DNA from: an uncultured Neisseria sp.
GTDB lineage: Bacteria > Pseudomonadota > Gammaproteobacteria > Burkholderiales > Neisseriaceae
NCBI GenBank assembly: GCA_963552075.1
Contig: CAUVJL010000001.1
Span: 394-64,393, forward strand
Direction: 5' to 3'
DNA: 64,000 nt
Below are positions 16,814 to 27,734 of this stretch, piece by piece (within the stretch, counting starts at the first letter, position 1; every line of letters starts with the position of its first letter). Under the pieces are notes generated by a model that saw only the letters and a list, made by a program, of their open reading frames with translations, was not told the origin of the DNA and did no database searches. Made by a program: the position numbers and the translations under genes.

Positions 16814-17545
16814 ATGGCTCAGATTAAATTTAAAACACATCTTAAATGCATCCTACTTGCTTCCATCTTGCTCTCCGGCTGTCAAACCGCCTTTGAAGAA
16901 GATCAAACCCGGCGCAGCAAAATTACCCAATTCGCCCTCAATCATCCCGTAGCGGCGCAAGCCATCGGCATGGAAGACACAGGCTCCTTCAATATCAGCA
17001 GCAATGCCACACGCTTTGCCTACCGCAGCGGCTTAGACGATACTGCCAACGGAGATGGCAAAGGCACACAGGTCAATGCCGTGCGCCAAGCCCTGTGGCA
17101 AGCCGCCATTACCTCCCAATTCGACAACGTAATCGCCGAAGAAGCAGGTAATGCCTACCTTGCCGACATCAAAATCCGCGAAGGGAAAATCAACTATTTC
17201 AGCCGTTATCTCGCGGATCAGGCAGTTGACCAACGCAACAACCGTATCGGCCGCAGCATCGGCAGCGGCAGACCCAATACCGACATGAAGGCCCTTGCCG
17301 AAAGTGTTTTGCTCTATTACCACAAAATCGGCTTGTGGACCGCATCGGAAACGCGTACCAACGGCCGCAAAGTATGGCGCATCACGCAAGAAAAACTCAG
17401 TCCTACCGCCTACCGCGAAGCCATGAAAAATATCGAACCGTTGGATGCCGAAGGCTTGCGCGAGGAAGAGCGCAATATGCCCAAACCCGACAAAATCGAC
17501 TCGATTTCCAAAACGGTTAAAGCCATCAGAAAAGTAAAAGACTGA
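16814..17545 (+). CDS. hypothetical lipoprotein
   Basis: Signal peptide with lipobox (LLASILLSGCQ). 243 aa. No family recognised. Confidence 0.6.
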   Translation: MAQIKFKTHLKCILLASILLSGCQTAFEEDQTRRSKITQFALNHPVAAQAIGMEDTGSFNISSNATRFAYRSGLDDTANGDGKGTQVNAVRQALWQAAITSQFDNVIAEEAGNAYLADIKIREGKINYFSRYLADQAVDQRNNRIGRSIGSGRPNTDMKALAESVLLYYHKIGLWTASETRTNGRKVWRITQEKLSPTAYREAMKNIEPLDAEGLREEERNMPKPDKIDSISKTVKAIRKVKD

Positions 17546-17594
17546 TTTTTCGACACTCTGTGCAAGTTTTGAGTAATTCATCAAAACAGCGTAA

Positions 17595-18698
<1,104 letters not shown>

Positions 18699-18853
18699 AA
18701 CGACAGCAAAATGCCGCCGGTTTGCACAGAATGCCCGGCGGCATTCACATTAAGGCATTTGCCCGACAAAATTTATTACAACGGAATGAATAATCAGGTA
18801 ATTTCTGGTAAAATACCGCAACTCTCAAACAAACACTTACAGCGTCCGTTTTA

Positions 18854-18960
18854 TATAGTGGATTAAATTTAAATCAGGACAAGGCGACGAAGCCGCAGAC
18901 AGTACAGATAGTACGGCAAGGCGAGGCAACGCCGTACTGGTTTAAAGTTAATCCGCTATA
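18854..18960. mobile_element. Correia element, short form (107 bp)
   Basis: Both Correia terminal inverted repeats are present and the internal ~50 bp segment is absent. Ends 24 bp before the Sel1-repeat gene start. Confidence 0.85.
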
Positions 18961-18983
18961 AAATTCAAAACATATACAATAAA

Positions 18984-20396
18984 ATGAATACAACAACCGC
19001 CGATACACTATTCCGGGAAGCTCACTCATTCATGACCCAAAATCCGCCCGATTTTGCCGCCGCAGTCCCACTATTGCAAAAAGCGGCAGACGAAGGGCAT
19101 ACGGAAGCAGAATTCCATCTTGCAGGCTGCCTGTTGCAAGGACAAGGCATACCTGCCAACCGTGAAGCTGGCATACGCCTGATGCAGCAAGCGGCGCGTG
19201 ACGGTCATCCCTACGCCAGCTACAACCTTCTTCAAATCCAAGAAGCACAAGGTATGCCGCTCAATACCCTGCTTCCCTCCTATTGGGAATTGGCAGAGGC
19301 AGGCATTATCGAAGCGCAGCTCAAGCTGATGCGCGCTTATCATGACGCAGGTCAACACGAAGAAGCCGTCGATTGGGCCGTACTCGCCGCGCGTCAGCAA
19401 AATCCCCAAGCCCTATATTTCTTAGGCCAGCATTGCCAATACACCTCGCCGCCCGATTATCCCCAATCACACCAGCTCTACCAACTTGCCGCCAAACAAG
19501 GATTTACGCCTGCCAATTGGCAGCTCGGATTGCAATACAAGCTCGGTCAAGGCGTGGCACCGGACCTTGAACAAGCCGCCCAACACCTGTACATCGCGGC
19601 AAGTGACAACATCGCGCCTGCACAAGTTGCCCTTGCGGAAATTCTGCTCCCGACCCACCCCGATAAAGCCATCCAATGGCTGGAAACCGCCACCAGACAA
19701 AACAGCAGCGATGCTTACGCCAAGCTCGCAGAAATCCATCTGCTGGGCAAAGACATCCCGAAAGACACGGATAAAGCACGCCGCTACGCCAAAGCAGCCG
19801 CCCGCCGCAATCATCCCGAAGCGCTGCGTTTGCTCGGCGATATCTACCGCTACGGACTGGGCATCCTTCCCGAACCCTCCAAAGCGCGCCATTACTATCA
19901 GCTTGCCGCTGATTTGGGCAATCTTGCCGCACACCAAAAACTACTCGCGGACATTGCCCTGAACAATAAGCAAAACTACCCTCAAGCCAAAGAACACGCG
20001 CTGCAACGCCAACAGGCGGAGCAATTCTATCAGCTGGCTTTTGCTGCCCATTACGGTCTGAACCGCGCTCCCGACCATGCCGAAGCGCTGACGCTCTATC
20101 AGCAGGCGGCAGATTTGGGGCACAGCAAAGCGCAAACCAATCTCGGCATGATGTACTACAACGGTCATGGAACAGAGACCGACTATACCCAAGCCGCCAA
20201 ATGGTTCGCGCAGGCAGCTCAGCAAAAAGACACAATGGCGCAATACAACCTCGCCTGCCTCTATTTCCACGGAACAGGCGTCCGCCGCAACACAGCCTTA
20301 GCCTGCCGTTGGCTTGAAACTGCCATCAATGATGGTCACGAGCAGTCTGAAATCCTCAAGCAACTGCTGGCGCATTGGAAACAGCAACTTCCATAA
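18984..20396 (+). CDS. Sel1-like repeat (SLR/TPR) protein
   Basis: 470 aa of reiterated ~36-aa units (A..W...AA.QG...AQ..LG..Y..G.G). No signal peptide is evident. Confidence 0.85.
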   Translation: MNTTTADTLFREAHSFMTQNPPDFAAAVPLLQKAADEGHTEAEFHLAGCLLQGQGIPANREAGIRLMQQAARDGHPYASYNLLQIQEAQGMPLNTLLPSYWELAEAGIIEAQLKLMRAYHDAGQHEEAVDWAVLAARQQNPQALYFLGQHCQYTSPPDYPQSHQLYQLAAKQGFTPANWQLGLQYKLGQGVAPDLEQAAQHLYIAASDNIAPAQVALAEILLPTHPDKAIQWLETATRQNSSDAYAKLAEIHLLGKDIPKDTDKARRYAKAAARRNHPEALRLLGDIYRYGLGILPEPSKARHYYQLAADLGNLAAHQKLLADIALNNKQNYPQAKEHALQRQQAEQFYQLAFAAHYGLNRAPDHAEALTLYQQAADLGHSKAQTNLGMMYYNGHGTETDYTQAAKWFAQAAQQKDTMAQYNLACLYFHGTGVRRNTALACRWLETAINDGHEQSEILKQLLAHWKQQLP

Positions 20397-20535
20397 CATT
20401 GCCCGCGTGGCAACATTTCTCCGAAGAAGCTGCCAACGTTTGGGAATCCCTCTAAACCATTATCTCTGCGTTGTGATTAATGGGGTTTAGTTTGACGATA
20501 AGCCGTATCACTTGCCCCATTCAAACAACAATATA

Positions 20536-20580
20536 AAAGGTCGTCTGAAAACCCTAATTAGGGATTTTCAGACGACCTTT
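20536..20580. terminator. DUS-pair hairpin terminator (bidirectional)
   Basis: AGGTCGTCTGAA at 20538-20549 and TTCAGACGACCT at 20567-20578. Confidence 0.7.
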
Positions 20581-20607
20581 GTCTTTACCGGTTGACCTGT
20601 TCGGATA

Positions 20608-22809
20608 TTAGAAATCCAATTCCGCTTTCAGCCAATAAGTACGCGGCATGCCGACGACGGCGAAGCTGCGATCGTATTGGCCGCGCTGTACCTGCCAGTA
20701 GTTTTTGTTGAACAGATTTTCCACCGAACTGCTGACGGTCAGGGTATTTTTACCCAGCTTGGTTTTGTAGCGCGCGCCTACGTCAACCAAGGTATAGGAC
20801 GGCAGTTTATATTGGCGTTCAGTATCTTGGAAAGACTTACCGTAGTATTGGATATTGCTTTTCAAAGTCAGACCTTCAACAAATGGCGTATCCCATTCGA
20901 TACCTGCTTTGGCAATAACACGCGGGCTAGCAACCTGATTACCATTTGTTAAAGTATTATTGTAACGCGGATAATCCTTCAACTGAGCTTTCAGATACAT
21001 AATGCCAAAGCTCGGACGAAGGGTTTTATTCATCAGGTTGGCATACGTATTAAACTCAACACCACGGTTGATTTCTTTACCATGCTGCTCTTGCGTGTTG
21101 CGCCAATAACCCGGACGGACGATTTGGAAAGCGTTCAGGCTGGTTACAACATCACCCCAGTTTTTTCGTACACCCATTTCAATCTGTTTGCTGACACGAG
21201 GTTTGGACATTTCTCCAGTATCCTCGTTAGTCGCACCCGGTTCCAAATCTTGCATATAGTTTCCATACACTACCATACCAGTATTAGGCACCCAAGCCGC
21301 TGCAAACATCGGGCTGAACCGTTTTTTGCTGAACTTCACAGTAGAAGAGCGGCGGTTTGCATCAGTTTTTGCATTGCCTGTCAAATTTGGATGAGCAGTT
21401 TGTTTTACCCATTGATAACGTCCGCCCAAGGTTAAACGGATAGTATTATCCGCGAAACCCAAAGTATCGGATATTGCAAGGCTGGGAGTCTCATAAGTCG
21501 TATGCTCTGTGCCTTGTATATTGGCAGGATTGTTGCGGTGGGTAACAGGGAAAACAGGGTTGTAGATGTTGGTATCCAAGGCATCGCCGTTGCGCGTTCC
21601 CTGATCGTGGTCGCGGTGTCGTTTAATATAATCGAATGAGGTAGCCCAATTGTGAACAACCGGACCGGTTTCAAATTCACCACGCGCTTTCAAATTACCG
21701 CTTGTTGTGCGTGAAAGGAATTCAAACGGTTGTGCGGCCTGCGCCGTGTAATTACCTAAATTACCGCCTTTTGCACGGTTTTTCATGAGCAGTTGTGTAA
21801 ACGAACCTTTATACACAGACTCCATATAACCTAAACCACCACTAATCTGCATATTGTAGTCAGTATCGTATTCGAAAGTCAGTGCATTCGTCATGGTCTT
21901 AGTAGTTTGCTCCTGCCAAGACGGGACAAGCAGGGTTTTGCCGCTCGGTGCAGCAGGCATGGCAAAGTTAAGATCCTGCATTTCATGAATACGCGCACGA
22001 CCTCCCTCTGTATTACGGTGGTTATACATCGAATCGAAAGACAGACGTAATTTCTCACCACGATAATCAGTATTTAATGCAAATTCCTGATTATCTTCCT
22101 TATAACCTTTACGGGCGGTTTCACCTTTGCGGTATTTACCATTGAAACGGATGCCAAACTGTTTGTTTTCACCAAAACGCTGACCGATATCGATTGCGCC
22201 TTCGGTACGATTTTTACTGAAAACCGCTAAACCGATTTTTCGGTTGCCTTCATCGGATGCTTTTTTGGTTTCGATGTTGACAGAAGAACCTGCTGCACCT
22301 TCAGGGTCCATACCGACAGTGGAACTTGAAGCACCTTTAATCAACTGTGCAGAAGAAACGCCGGCAGTCGGGGTGTGGTAATAAGAATAAAGACCTGCCA
22401 AGCCATTGATACTAAACTGGCGGGCATCAAGTTGCAAACCACGGACATAGACGCCTTGAATGGTGTTGCTTTCACCGCCGAACTGCATGGTAGAGGCATC
22501 GTTCTTGGCGATTGTATCGACTAATGTACGGGATGCGTTGTTTTCCAATACTTTTTCATCGTAATTGACAACCGTAATCGGCGCTGTGAAAGCATTGGCT
22601 TTACCAAGTAGTCCCAAGTTCACGCGGTCGCGCAAGTCTCCGTCGCTGGCAATGGAGTAAGAACGGGCGGCCTTGACGCGTTTGGCATCGGCGCGGACAT
22701 GGACTTCCTGCAACTGCTGTTGCACGGGGGCTTCGGGTGTCGCTTCATCGGCGGCATAAGAAAACGCGCTCATAATCAAAAGCGGCATCAGGGCTAATTT
22801 GCTGTTCAT
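20608..22809 (-). CDS. TonB-dependent siderophore-type outer membrane receptor
   Basis: Signal peptide MNSKLALMPLLIMSAFSYA, plug and 22-strand barrel patterns, and a terminal ...YWLKAELDF aromatic residue. Start chosen at 22809 (AGGAA RBS). Confidence 0.9.
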   Translation of the reverse strand: MNSKLALMPLLIMSAFSYAADEATPEAPVQQQLQEVHVRADAKRVKAARSYSIASDGDLRDRVNLGLLGKANAFTAPITVVNYDEKVLENNASRTLVDTIAKNDASTMQFGGESNTIQGVYVRGLQLDARQFSINGLAGLYSYYHTPTAGVSSAQLIKGASSSTVGMDPEGAAGSSVNIETKKASDEGNRKIGLAVFSKNRTEGAIDIGQRFGENKQFGIRFNGKYRKGETARKGYKEDNQEFALNTDYRGEKLRLSFDSMYNHRNTEGGRARIHEMQDLNFAMPAAPSGKTLLVPSWQEQTTKTMTNALTFEYDTDYNMQISGGLGYMESVYKGSFTQLLMKNRAKGGNLGNYTAQAAQPFEFLSRTTSGNLKARGEFETGPVVHNWATSFDYIKRHRDHDQGTRNGDALDTNIYNPVFPVTHRNNPANIQGTEHTTYETPSLAISDTLGFADNTIRLTLGGRYQWVKQTAHPNLTGNAKTDANRRSSTVKFSKKRFSPMFAAAWVPNTGMVVYGNYMQDLEPGATNEDTGEMSKPRVSKQIEMGVRKNWGDVVTSLNAFQIVRPGYWRNTQEQHGKEINRGVEFNTYANLMNKTLRPSFGIMYLKAQLKDYPRYNNTLTNGNQVASPRVIAKAGIEWDTPFVEGLTLKSNIQYYGKSFQDTERQYKLPSYTLVDVGARYKTKLGKNTLTVSSSVENLFNKNYWQVQRGQYDRSFAVVGMPRTYWLKAELDF

Positions 22810-22883
22810 AGATTCCTTCTGTCTCTGAGGTGGGTTATTTTTATTGCAATAAACGTTAAAAATCACAAAGTAATTTTGCTGCG

Positions 22884-22939
22884 GAATTATATTTGATAAC
22901 ATTCTGCTTTTCTATAAAAAGTGATGATAACCATTTGTA
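22884..22939. promoter_or_regulatory. AT-rich divergent promoter region with Fur-box-like sequences
   Basis: GTGATGATAACCATTTGT (about 12/19 to GATAATGATAATCATTATC) and TTTGATAACATT. Manual match only. Confidence 0.3.
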
Positions 22940-23059
22940 AAAACAAAAATACAACATAAATCAAAACTTTTTCCATAGTAATTATAAATTATTTTATTAA
23001 GCAGAGAATCCGGGTTTCAGACGACCCCTGCCCGCTGCCTGCCTCAAGAGACAACGCAC

Positions 23060-24829
23060 ATGCAAAAATGGCAAACCGAGCTTTATTCCACGCCGTCTTG
23101 GCTGTTACAGACCTTATTGATGGTCGCCGCCGCCTCGGCGGTGATTCTGTTTTTGGCACGCGAAACGCGCTTCGGGCGTGAGTTTGCCTATATCCTGCGG
23201 CTGTGCCTAACGCCGAAAAGCGCGGTCAAAGTCTTGCTGCTGATTACGGCGATGATTGCGCTGTTGCTGACCGAAGTGCGGCTGAATGTGTTGAGTACCT
23301 TCATGTCCAAAGGGCTTTACGACTCGATGCAGGATTTGAACGCCTCCGCGTTTTGGATGTTTGCAGCGATGAACGCGGGCGTGGTGCTGGTACGGGCGTT
23401 TAACAACGTCGTCAACGACTTTCTCGATCAAGGCTTGGCGATTAAATGGTCGGAGCGGCTGAATGAAGTACTGACAACGTGCTGGCTTGCCGACAAAAAC
23501 TACTACCGCCTGCAAATGCGCCGTCATGCGCCGGACAATATCGACCAGCGTATCCAACAGGACGCGCAGGAATTCATCGCTTCGACCATCGAATTTGTGC
23601 GCGGCATGGTCAATTCGGTCGTTACCTCGCTGGAATTTGCCGTTGTTTTGTGGGGTTTGGCGGGCATCCTGACCGTGTTCGGCATCGACATTCCGCACGG
23701 CATCGTTTGGTTTGTCTATATGTTTGTGATTTTGGCGACCTTTATCGCCATGTGGATAGGCAACCCTTTGATTCGTTTTAATTATGAAAACGAAAAACTC
23801 AACGGCGACTACCGTTATTCCCTTGTCCGCGTGCGCGACCATGCCGAAAGCGTTGCGTTTTACAATGGCGAAAAACACGAACACGACCAGCTTGCCGACC
23901 GCTTCAAAGCCATCATCCGCAACCGTTGGCGCATTGCGCGGCAAAGCGTCTGCCTGAGCGGCTTTAACGATATGTTTACCAACGGCATCAAGCTCTTCCC
24001 CATTATTTTGCAAGCCCCGCGCCTGTTTGCCGGACAAATCAAAATCGGCGACATTCAGCAGACCGTCCAAGCCTTCTCCCGTTTGCAAAGTGCGCTGTCT
24101 TTCTTCCGTATGTTCTACAACAAGTTCACCGCCTACCGCGCCCGATTGGAGCGTCTGTACGGATTCTTGCTGAGTACGGAAGAACAACACGCCGCACAAC
24201 AACCCGAGCTTACCGAAGTTTCAGACGGCCTGATCTTAGAAAACGTTGCCCTATACCGCCACAACGGCGAAGTTTTATTAGACGGTATCAATATTAACCT
24301 CAAAAACGGCAACTCCCTGCTGATACGCGGTCCGAGCGGTTGCGGCAAAACTTCGTTGCTGCGCGCGCTGGCAGGGCTTTGGCCTTTCGGCAGCAGCGGT
24401 AAAGTCAGCCATCCGCCGCATCAAGACATCCTCTTCCTGCCGCAACGTCCGTACACGGCACAAGGCAGCCTGCGCGATGCGATTTGTTACCCCGACATCG
24501 ACAAACAGCATCCCGAACTAATCGACGCCATGAATACCTGCCGATTAGGTTATCTGGTTGATAAATTAGATAAAACCGATGACTGGCAACATAAACTCTC
24601 CCCGGGCGAACTGCAACGCGTCGCCTTCGTCCGCGCCCTGCTCTCGCAGCCCAAAGTCATCCTGCTCGACGAAGCCACCGCCGCCTTGGACGAACCGACC
24701 GAAGCCCTGCTCTACCGCGCTTTGAAACGCAAACTGCCGCAGAGCATCATCATCAGCATCGGCCACCGCAGCACGCTCAACGAGTTTCACGATTTCAGTC
24801 TTGATGTCGGCAACGTAGCTTGCGATTGA
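23060..24829 (+). CDS. ABC transporter, fused permease/ATPase of the SbmA-BacA/YddA type
   Basis: 589 aa. N-terminal 6-TM domain, then Walker A (GPSGCGKTS), signature (LSPGELQR) and Walker B (ILLDEAT). Confidence 0.85.
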   Translation: MQKWQTELYSTPSWLLQTLLMVAAASAVILFLARETRFGREFAYILRLCLTPKSAVKVLLLITAMIALLLTEVRLNVLSTFMSKGLYDSMQDLNASAFWMFAAMNAGVVLVRAFNNVVNDFLDQGLAIKWSERLNEVLTTCWLADKNYYRLQMRRHAPDNIDQRIQQDAQEFIASTIEFVRGMVNSVVTSLEFAVVLWGLAGILTVFGIDIPHGIVWFVYMFVILATFIAMWIGNPLIRFNYENEKLNGDYRYSLVRVRDHAESVAFYNGEKHEHDQLADRFKAIIRNRWRIARQSVCLSGFNDMFTNGIKLFPIILQAPRLFAGQIKIGDIQQTVQAFSRLQSALSFFRMFYNKFTAYRARLERLYGFLLSTEEQHAAQQPELTEVSDGLILENVALYRHNGEVLLDGININLKNGNSLLIRGPSGCGKTSLLRALAGLWPFGSSGKVSHPPHQDILFLPQRPYTAQGSLRDAICYPDIDKQHPELIDAMNTCRLGYLVDKLDKTDDWQHKLSPGELQRVAFVRALLSQPKVILLDEATAALDEPTEALLYRALKRKLPQSIIISIGHRSTLNEFHDFSLDVGNVACD

Positions 24830-24842
24830 ATTTGAAGCGACG

Positions 24843-24917
24843 AGGTCGTCTGAAAACCCGTAAGGGTTTCGCCAGAACGAGCGTAGCGAGTTTCGCTAAA
24901 ACTTTTTCAGACGACCT
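24843..24917. terminator. DUS pair enclosing nested hairpins
   Basis: AGGTCGTCTGAA at 24843-24854 and TTCAGACGACCT at 24906-24917, with the internal hairpin TAGCGA-GTT-TCGCTA. Confidence 0.6.
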
Positions 24918-24959
24918 TTCTGCTAAAATGACACGCTTCAAATACAAGGGAAACCCGCC

Positions 24960-26270
24960 ATGCACGAAATCAAATGCCCGCACTGCCACACCGCGTTTAC
25001 CGTCAACGAAGCCAGTTACGCCGACATCCTGAACCAAGTCCGCACCCAAGAATTTCAAACCGAAATCCACGAGCGCCTGCAACAGGCGCAGATGCAGTTT
25101 CAAAGCGATATGCAGCTTGCCCAAGCGCAGGCGCAAAATCAGTTCGACAAAATCCTAGCCGACAAAAACCACGAAATCGCCGCCCTGTCCAACCAAATCA
25201 ACGCCTACGAAAAAGACAGCAAACTCGCCGCCGCCGAAATCGAAGGTCGTCTGAAAGCGCAAATCGCCGAACAAGATAAATTGATTGCCGAACTGAAAGC
25301 GCAGGCAAAATCGCTGGAAACAGCGAAAAACATAGAAAAAGAGTTGGAAATCACCAAAGCCGTTGCCGAAAAAGAGCGCGAATTGGGCAATTTGAACACG
25401 CAGCTCATGCTGCAATCCAAAGAAAACCAGTTGGAAAAACAAAGCCTGCGCGAAAAATACGAAGCCGAACTCAAACAAAAAGACGAAACCATCGCCTTCT
25501 ACAAAGACTTCAAAGCCAGACAGTCCACCAAAATGATAGGCGAAAGCCTCGAGCAGCACTGCGAAACTGAATTCAACCGCATTCGCACCACCGCCTTTCC
25601 CCAAGCCGTATTCGGCAAGGACAACGACGCCAAAACCGGCAGCAAAGGCGACTACATCTACCGCGAAACCGACGAAGAAGGCAACGAAATCATCTCCATC
25701 ATGTTCGAGATGAAAAACGAAAACGACGAAACCGCCACCAAAAAGAAAAACGAACAATTTTTCAAAGAGTTGGACAAAGACCGCAGAGAAAAAAACTGCG
25801 AATACGCCGTCCTCGTCTCACTCTTGGAAGCCGACAGCGACCTCTACAACAACGGCATCGTCGACGTGTCCTACGCCTACCCGAAAATGTACGTCGTGCG
25901 CCCGCAGTTTTTCATCCCCATCGTCTCCCTGCTGCGCAATGCTGCACTCAATTCATTGAAATACAAACAAGAATTAGCACAAATGCGCGCGCAAAACATC
26001 GACATCACACACTTTGAAGAAGACTTGGACAAGTTCAAAACCGATTTCGCCCGCAATTACGAACTCGCCAGCCGCAAGTTCCAAACCGCCATCGACGAAA
26101 TCGACAAAACCATCAGCCATCTGCAAAAAACCAAAGAAGCCCTGCTTTCTTCGGAAAACAACCTGCGCCTTGCCAACAACAAAGCGACCGACCTGACTGT
26201 CAAAAAATTAGTGCGCAAAAACCCGACCATGAAGGCCGCCTTTGCCGCGTTGGAGAAAAAAGAGGATTGA
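24960..26270 (+). CDS. DUF2130 domain-containing protein
   Basis: N-terminal zinc-ribbon-like CPHCHTAF, a long coiled coil, and a C-terminal block GDYIYRE...IMFEMKNE. Typical DUF2130 architecture. Confidence 0.8.
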   Translation: MHEIKCPHCHTAFTVNEASYADILNQVRTQEFQTEIHERLQQAQMQFQSDMQLAQAQAQNQFDKILADKNHEIAALSNQINAYEKDSKLAAAEIEGRLKAQIAEQDKLIAELKAQAKSLETAKNIEKELEITKAVAEKERELGNLNTQLMLQSKENQLEKQSLREKYEAELKQKDETIAFYKDFKARQSTKMIGESLEQHCETEFNRIRTTAFPQAVFGKDNDAKTGSKGDYIYRETDEEGNEIISIMFEMKNENDETATKKKNEQFFKELDKDRREKNCEYAVLVSLLEADSDLYNNGIVDVSYAYPKMYVVRPQFFIPIVSLLRNAALNSLKYKQELAQMRAQNIDITHFEEDLDKFKTDFARNYELASRKFQTAIDEIDKTISHLQKTKEALLSSENNLRLANNKATDLTVKKLVRKNPTMKAAFAALEKKED

Positions 26271-26495
26271 GATTTGCTTCGAGAATGAAAATAGAAACGC
26301 CAGCCGGCCGTTAAGCCCGCGCAAGCAGGAGTGACGGAGAACAGGTGTCTCGTTTTCTATCAGTTCGTGAACAAACTCATTTATCCACATCTACCAAAAG
26401 GTCGTCTGAAAAATGAACCGCTACAAATCTTAGACGCACAAAAGACTATCCAGATACTCGGTGCAAGCCAGGTTCTACATCAGGAGGAGCAAGAA

Positions 26496-26963
26496 ATGAA
26501 GGGAAACAAGTTACATTCAAGCCATATGACTCTTAAAATCATTTTGCTAGGTATATTTTTGTTATCTTGCAACCACTCCTACGGCAAGGAGAGACGCATG
26601 CAATCTGATGCCAATACGTCATTAAATGACAACGTGTATATTTCTAAAACCGAGCTGGAAAAGTTAAAAATCGATGCCTCTTCCGGTAATGGTCAAGCAG
26701 CATCAAAATTAGCTCATTATTTTGCTTTTTATGAGTTTAACCAAGATAAATTTATATTTTGGTTAGTTCGTGCCGCTGAGTCGGGCAATACTCAAGCACA
26801 ACATGATCTTGCCTATATATTCTTTGATCATTACCAAGACAGTAAAGATAAAAACAAATTATATGAAGCAGAAAAATGGGCTCTGCATGCTCAAAAAAAT
26901 GGAATGCCTATTACTGGCTTACTAACTGAAATACAAACTGAAAAACAGAATTTGACAAGATAA
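26496..26963 (+). CDS. small Sel1-like repeat lipoprotein
   Basis: AGGAGG RBS before ATG 26496. Lipobox-like LLSC. Two SLR-type units (GNGQAASKLAHYF, GNTQAQHDLAYIF). Low GC. Confidence 0.6.
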   Translation: MKGNKLHSSHMTLKIILLGIFLLSCNHSYGKERRMQSDANTSLNDNVYISKTELEKLKIDASSGNGQAASKLAHYFAFYEFNQDKFIFWLVRAAESGNTQAQHDLAYIFFDHYQDSKDKNKLYEAEKWALHAQKNGMPITGLLTEIQTEKQNLTR

Positions 26964-27153
26964 ACATATCAGCAAACGGTCAAGTCAAAATCGGACAAAG
27001 TGCGGGCACCTGAAACTGCTTACCCCGATAGTCCGTGTCTTTATCCGAGCAGGCGCATTCAACGGTATAAGCAGTCAAGGACACATAAGAACTTGAAAGG
27101 TAATACGCCTTTTGAGGTCTTACAGAATTATTTTTCTCAACCCGTTGTGTAAA

Positions 27154-27310
27154 TATAGTGGATTAAATTTAAACCAGTACGGCGTTGCCTCGCCTTAGCT
27201 CAAAGAGAACGATTCTCTAAGGTGCTGAAGCACCAAGTGAATCGGTTCCGTACTATCTGTACTGTCTGCGGCTTCGTCGCCTTGTCCTGATTTAAATTTA
27301 ATCCACTATA
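27154..27310. mobile_element. Correia element, full length (157 bp), inverted relative to 13070-13226
   Basis: Canonical terminal inverted repeats and core. Confidence 0.9.
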
Positions 27311-27550
27311 ACACGGTGTCTTCTTATATCCCCAACATCTCATCGCAATAAACCAGTTATCCTCATTATTTCACCCATTAAGATGATTTGGAATGCATCT
27401 TTTTACAGTTTAAGTGGAATAGAAATAGGCAAAGCAGTCAGCCCTCATCCCAAACCAACCTTCGATAAATCAATCTTTCAGACGACCTAACCCGAAAAAA
27501 TATTTCTTAGTTAACAATACTTTTCAAATTTAATTTGCAAAAACTGTATT

Positions 27551-27582
27551 GATACTCTAATTTTTGTCCACATTTAGAGTAT
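27551..27582. promoter_or_regulatory. inverted repeat GATACTCTAA-N12-TTAGAGTAT overlapping a TATAAT box
   Basis: Arms at 27551-27560 and 27574-27582. TATAAT at 27580-27585. Lies about 150 bp upstream of the NMO gene. Confidence 0.3.
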
Positions 27583-27734
27583 AATTACTAAAACCTAAGA
27601 TACAAGCAGCCCAATATCATCAGGTTCAGTAAAAAACCAAACCTTACCCATTGATTAAAAATAAATTTTCAAAAATCCAGCAAAGCCGGTCTGCCAATAT
27701 CAGTCCGCTCCCGCAACCATCAAGGAACCCATAC

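Noticed and set aside
23207-24202. 331-aa ORF on the - strand
   Set aside because: It is antisense to the ABC transporter gene, which has clear Walker and signature motifs. No recognisable domains, so it is a shadow ORF.
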